The position numbers and the translations under genes are program-made. Below are positions 59,663 through 64,000 of a DNA stretch of 64,000 bases, piece after piece (the stretch's first letter is position 1; every line of letters begins with the position of its first letter). Source of the DNA: an uncultured delta proteobacterium (GTDB lineage Bacteria > Myxococcota > Myxococcia > Myxococcales > Myxococcaceae); NCBI GenBank assembly GCA_963771175.1, contig CAVYSY010000040.1, positions 160,001 through 224,000 on the forward strand, given 5' to 3'. The notes beneath the pieces are model-generated. The model worked only from the letters and a program-made list of their open reading frames with translations. It had not been told where the DNA came from and did not search any database.

Positions 59663-59989
59663 TCAGCGGGCCCGGCAGCGCGTACAGCCATCCGTCGTCT
59701 CCGCGCAGGACTCCTGGGCCTGCACACACCGCCGCGTCAGATCCGTCCGGTCCGGATGGCGGGCCACCACCTCGCAGAAGTCCTCCGCCACGTCGCACGT
59801 CTGCGTGGCCTGGGTGCAGCGGTCCTCGCAGGAGGTCTCCCCGCCCGCCCCTCGGGACCGCAGCTCCTCGAGCCGCGCTTCGTAGGTGGCGAGCTGGTCG
59901 TCGTCCGAGCCGGCCACCCGGGTGGTGTCCACCTGCTTGGGGCATCCCACGAGGATCAGGGTCAGCAGGGCAAGGCTGGCAGCGCGCAT
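59663..59989 (-). CDS. Cys-rich putative lipoprotein
   Basis: GGAGG SD; lipobox LVG-C; eight further Cys. Confidence 0.75.
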   Translation of the reverse strand: MRAASLALLTLILVGCPKQVDTTRVAGSDDDQLATYEARLEELRSRGAGGETSCEDRCTQATQTCDVAEDFCEVVARHPDRTDLTRRCVQAQESCAETTDGCTRCRAR

Positions 59990-60031
59990 GTGCCCTCCCT
60001 TATGCTCGGCCGCTCGGCCCGTCCAGGGCTC

Positions 60032-60583
60032 TCAGCGTCCGATGGGTCTCGGTTGGACAGGTCGCTCCGGCGGCTCCTCGGGGCGGTTGCAGTACAGGTA
60101 CGCCGTCAGCCCCAGCAGGGCCAGCACCGCCAGCTTCCGCAGCCAGTCCTCCCTCGTGCGAGTCGGTGAGCCTTCCTCCTCGCGCTCGGCGGCATCGAGC
60201 GCCGCCGCCACTTCCGGGCCCAGCGCGCGCAACCGCCGGCACAGCGCCACCGGGCTCGTCAGCCCCGGGGGCACCGCCGCCGTCTCGCGCTCCAGCGCCT
60301 CGGTGAGGGCTCGTGCCCAGAGGGCCTCCTCCGCGTCGTTCTCCGGAGGTCGGCAGGGCAGGGCCGCCGCGGCCGTGAGGGCCAGTCCCGCCCGCAGCAG
60401 GTGCACGGAGAAGGCCTCCGGCGAGATGCCGTAGAAGGTCGCGCTCTCCTCCAGCGTGCGGCCCCGCACCAGCCGGAGCACCAGGAAGGCGGACTCGCGG
60501 TAGGGCAGCGCTCGCAGCGCCGCGCAGAGCTCGGGGGCCGAGAGGCGGGAGACGTCGGGAGGCAGGGGACACGCGCCTCTCAT
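60032..60583 (-). CDS. Hypothetical protein with a sigma70 region-4-like HTH and a C-terminal TM helix
   Basis: LRALPYRESAFLVLRLVRGRTLEESATFYGISPEAFSVHLLRA; start codon uncertain. Confidence 0.6.
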   Translation of the reverse strand: MRGACPLPPDVSRLSAPELCAALRALPYRESAFLVLRLVRGRTLEESATFYGISPEAFSVHLLRAGLALTAAAALPCRPPENDAEEALWARALTEALERETAAVPPGLTSPVALCRRLRALGPEVAAALDAAEREEEGSPTRTREDWLRKLAVLALLGLTAYLYCNRPEEPPERPVQPRPIGR

Positions 60584-60645
60584 TCTCCGTCATCCGCCGG
60601 CCGATTTCTTGAGCCATGAGCACCAACCCCTACACTCGGGCCACC

Positions 60646-61753
60646 ATGTGGCGACCTGTTGCACTCCTCCTGCTCCTGCTCGCGCCCCTCCGCGCGCTCG
60701 CCGTGGAGACGATGCGCATCGCCATGGGTGACTCCCAGGCCGAGGTGCGCGTGAGCGGCCGCGCCCTGTCCTTCGGCCCCGACACCGAGGACGCCCGCTT
60801 CTCCCCGCTCGACCGGGAGAGCGTCGTCGTGCGGCGCCGCGGCTCCCGTCTGGAGCTCAATGGGGCGCCCGTCATCGGCAACGCGGTGCGCTTCCGCGCC
60901 GGCGCGCACTCGGAGGACGCCGGCGTGCCCGGCTCCTCGCCTCTGCGCGCCGGAGACATGCAGGTGCGCGGCGACGTCGTGGTGCGCCTCTACAAGGACG
61001 CGCTCCAGCTCATCAACGTCATCCCGCTCGAGGACTACCTCGCCGGTGTGCTCGGCAGCGAGATGCCCGTCTCCTTCCCCCCCGAGGCCCTCAAGGCCCA
61101 GGCCGTGGCGGCTCGCACCTACGCCCTCCAGAAGAAGCTCGAGACCTACGGCGGCCCCTTCCACATGGGCAGCAGCGTGCTCCACCAGGTCTACGGCGGC
61201 CTCAACCGCGAGGACCCGCGCAGCCGCGCCGCCGTGGAGGCCACTCGCGGTGAGGTGCTCACCTACGAGCTCGCCCCCATCGAGGCCTACTTCCACGCCT
61301 CGTGCGGCGGCCGTACCGAGTCCGGCCAGGAGGCCCTCCAGCGCGACCTCCCGTACCTCCAGGCCGTGGACTGCCCGTGCGGCCGCCTGCCCGCCAGCCG
61401 CTGGAGCGCCACCGTCTCCGACTCGGAGCTGCATGCCGCACTGGGCCAATCCACCGAGGGCTTCCGCATCTCCTCTCGCAGCGCCACCCACCGGGTGAAC
61501 CGGGTGGTCAACGCCAACGGCCTCTCGCTCGATGGGGCGGCGCTCCGGCGGAAGCTCGGCTACACGAAGCTCAAGAGCCTGGGGTTCGACGTGGAGCGCA
61601 CCGGGGGCGCCTGGCACTTCAGCGGCCGCGGCTACGGCCATGGCGCCGGGCTGTGCCAGTGGGGCGCCAAGGCGCTCGCGGACGAGGGCCTCGCTCTACC
61701 GCGACATCCTCTCGCACTACTACCCGGGGACCGAGCTCCAGCAGCTCTACTGA
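60646..61753 (+). CDS. SpoIID/LytB-domain lytic transglycosylase-like protein; indel ~61690
   Basis: LEDYLAGVLGSEMP, EALKAQAVAARTY, HQVYGG, GHGAGLCQWGA; YRDILSHYYPG lies in the shifted frame. Confidence 0.9.
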
Positions 61754-61801
61754 CACATCCCGTTTCGTCGGGGCGCCCAGGCTGTTACAAGCCCGTCCTC
61801 C

Positions 61802-62888
61802 GTGTCGTCACTGCTCTCCGATTACGACTTCGAGCTCCCCGAGGCGCAGATCGCCCAGGCCCCCCTCGGCGCCCGCGATGCCTCCCGCCTCCTGGTGGTG
61901 AGCCGCTCCTCCGGTGCGAAGGCCCACCGCCGCTTCGCCGAGCTGCCCGAGCTGCTGCGCGAGGGCGACCTGCTGGTCGTCAACGACGCGCGCGTCATCC
62001 CCGCCCGCCTCCTCGGGCAGCAAGGTGGGGACCGGCGGCCGGGTGGAGCTGCTCGTCGTCCGCCCGGCGGCCTCCACGCTCACCTCGCAGGCGCTCGGCG
62101 GGGCCGCCGAGTCGCTGGAGTGGATCTGCCTCGGGCAGGCCTCCAAGGGCCTCAAGCCCGGGGCGCGCATCGCCTTCCCCGAGGGCCTGGAGGCCGAGGT
62201 GCTGGAGGCGCTCGGGGGCGGCGAGTACCGGGTCCGCTTCCACGCCGCGCCGGGCACGTCGCTCGCGGAGATGCTGGAGAAGGCCGGCCGCCTGCCGCTG
62301 CCGCCCTACATCACCCGCGCCCCCGAGGCCTCGGACGCCGAGCGCTACCAGACGGTGTACGCGCGGGCCTCGGGCGCGGTGGCGGCGCCCACCGCCGGGC
62401 TGCACTTCACCGAGGCCACCTTCGCGGCCCTGGAGGCCCGGGGCATCCGCCGCGTCGAGGTGACGCTGGACGTGGGGCCGGGCACCTTCCTCCCCGTGCG
62501 CGAGGAGAACCTGGAGAAGCACCACATGCACCCGGAGCGCTACTTCGTCTCCGAGGCCACCGCGCAGGCGGTGAACGCCGCCAAGGCCGAGGGACGCCGG
62601 GTGGTGGCGGTGGGCACCACCGTGGTGCGCACCCTGGAGTCGGCCACGGACCCGGAGACGGGGCGCCTGCGCTCCGGCCCGGGCGAGACGACGCTCTTCA
62701 TCCGCCCCGGCTTCGCCTTCCGGCAGGTGGACGTGCTGCTCACCAACTTCCACCTCCCGCGCTCCACGCTGGTGGTGCTGGTGAGCGCGCTGCTCGGCCG
62801 CGAGCGCACCCTGGCGGCCTACCGGGAGGCGGTCGCCGCCGGCTACCGGTTCTTCTCCTACGGCGACGCGATGCTGGTGACGGAGTAG
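61802..62888 (+). CDS. queA: SAM:tRNA ribosyltransferase-isomerase; indel ~62017
   Basis: [59 protein letters not shown]. Confidence 0.95.
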
Positions 62889-62901
62889 GAGACACGACGC
62901 A

Positions 62902-64000
<1,099 letters not shown>

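Overview
This GC-rich window comes from a myxobacterium; the 16S helices resemble Archangium/Cystobacter-type Myxococcales. It is mostly core genome: rpsT (partial), mazG, a TPR/DUF4388 pair, phoH-7TM-HD-ybeY, a DUF4105 (Lnb-like) gene, prfB, an ECF sigma/anti-sigma pair, lysS, a large envelope/LPS cluster (lolC/E, lolD, bamA, skp, lpxD, fabZ, lpxA, lpxI, lpxB, msbA-like, waaA, lpxK, split hldE, heptosyltransferase), yicC-gmk, a complete rrn operon (16S, tRNA-Ile, tRNA-Ala, 23S, 5S), a Ser/Thr kinase, two tandem KamA-family radical SAM genes, spoIID-like, queA and tgt (partial). Many conserved genes carry 1-bp indels, so the sequence probably has uncorrected sequencing errors; only the prfB CTT-TGA shift looks programmed. 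I saw no CRISPR array, integrase or transposase, and I cannot demonstrate a definitively new system. The best leads are: (1) a small-lipoprotein plus 8x4-Cys membrane-protein islet, (2) a DUF4388/MshEN-like/GspG-like membrane module with a TPR partner beside a PgpH-like HD protein, (3) DUF4105 in the usual lnt position, (4) unusual fusions (MazG-VOC, cupin-YbeY, N-extended LolC/E), (5) six tandem promoter-like units and a very long 23S processing stalk in rrn, and (6) a G-to-C strand-skew flip across the rrn operon. Domain calls are from motif recognition, not database searches.
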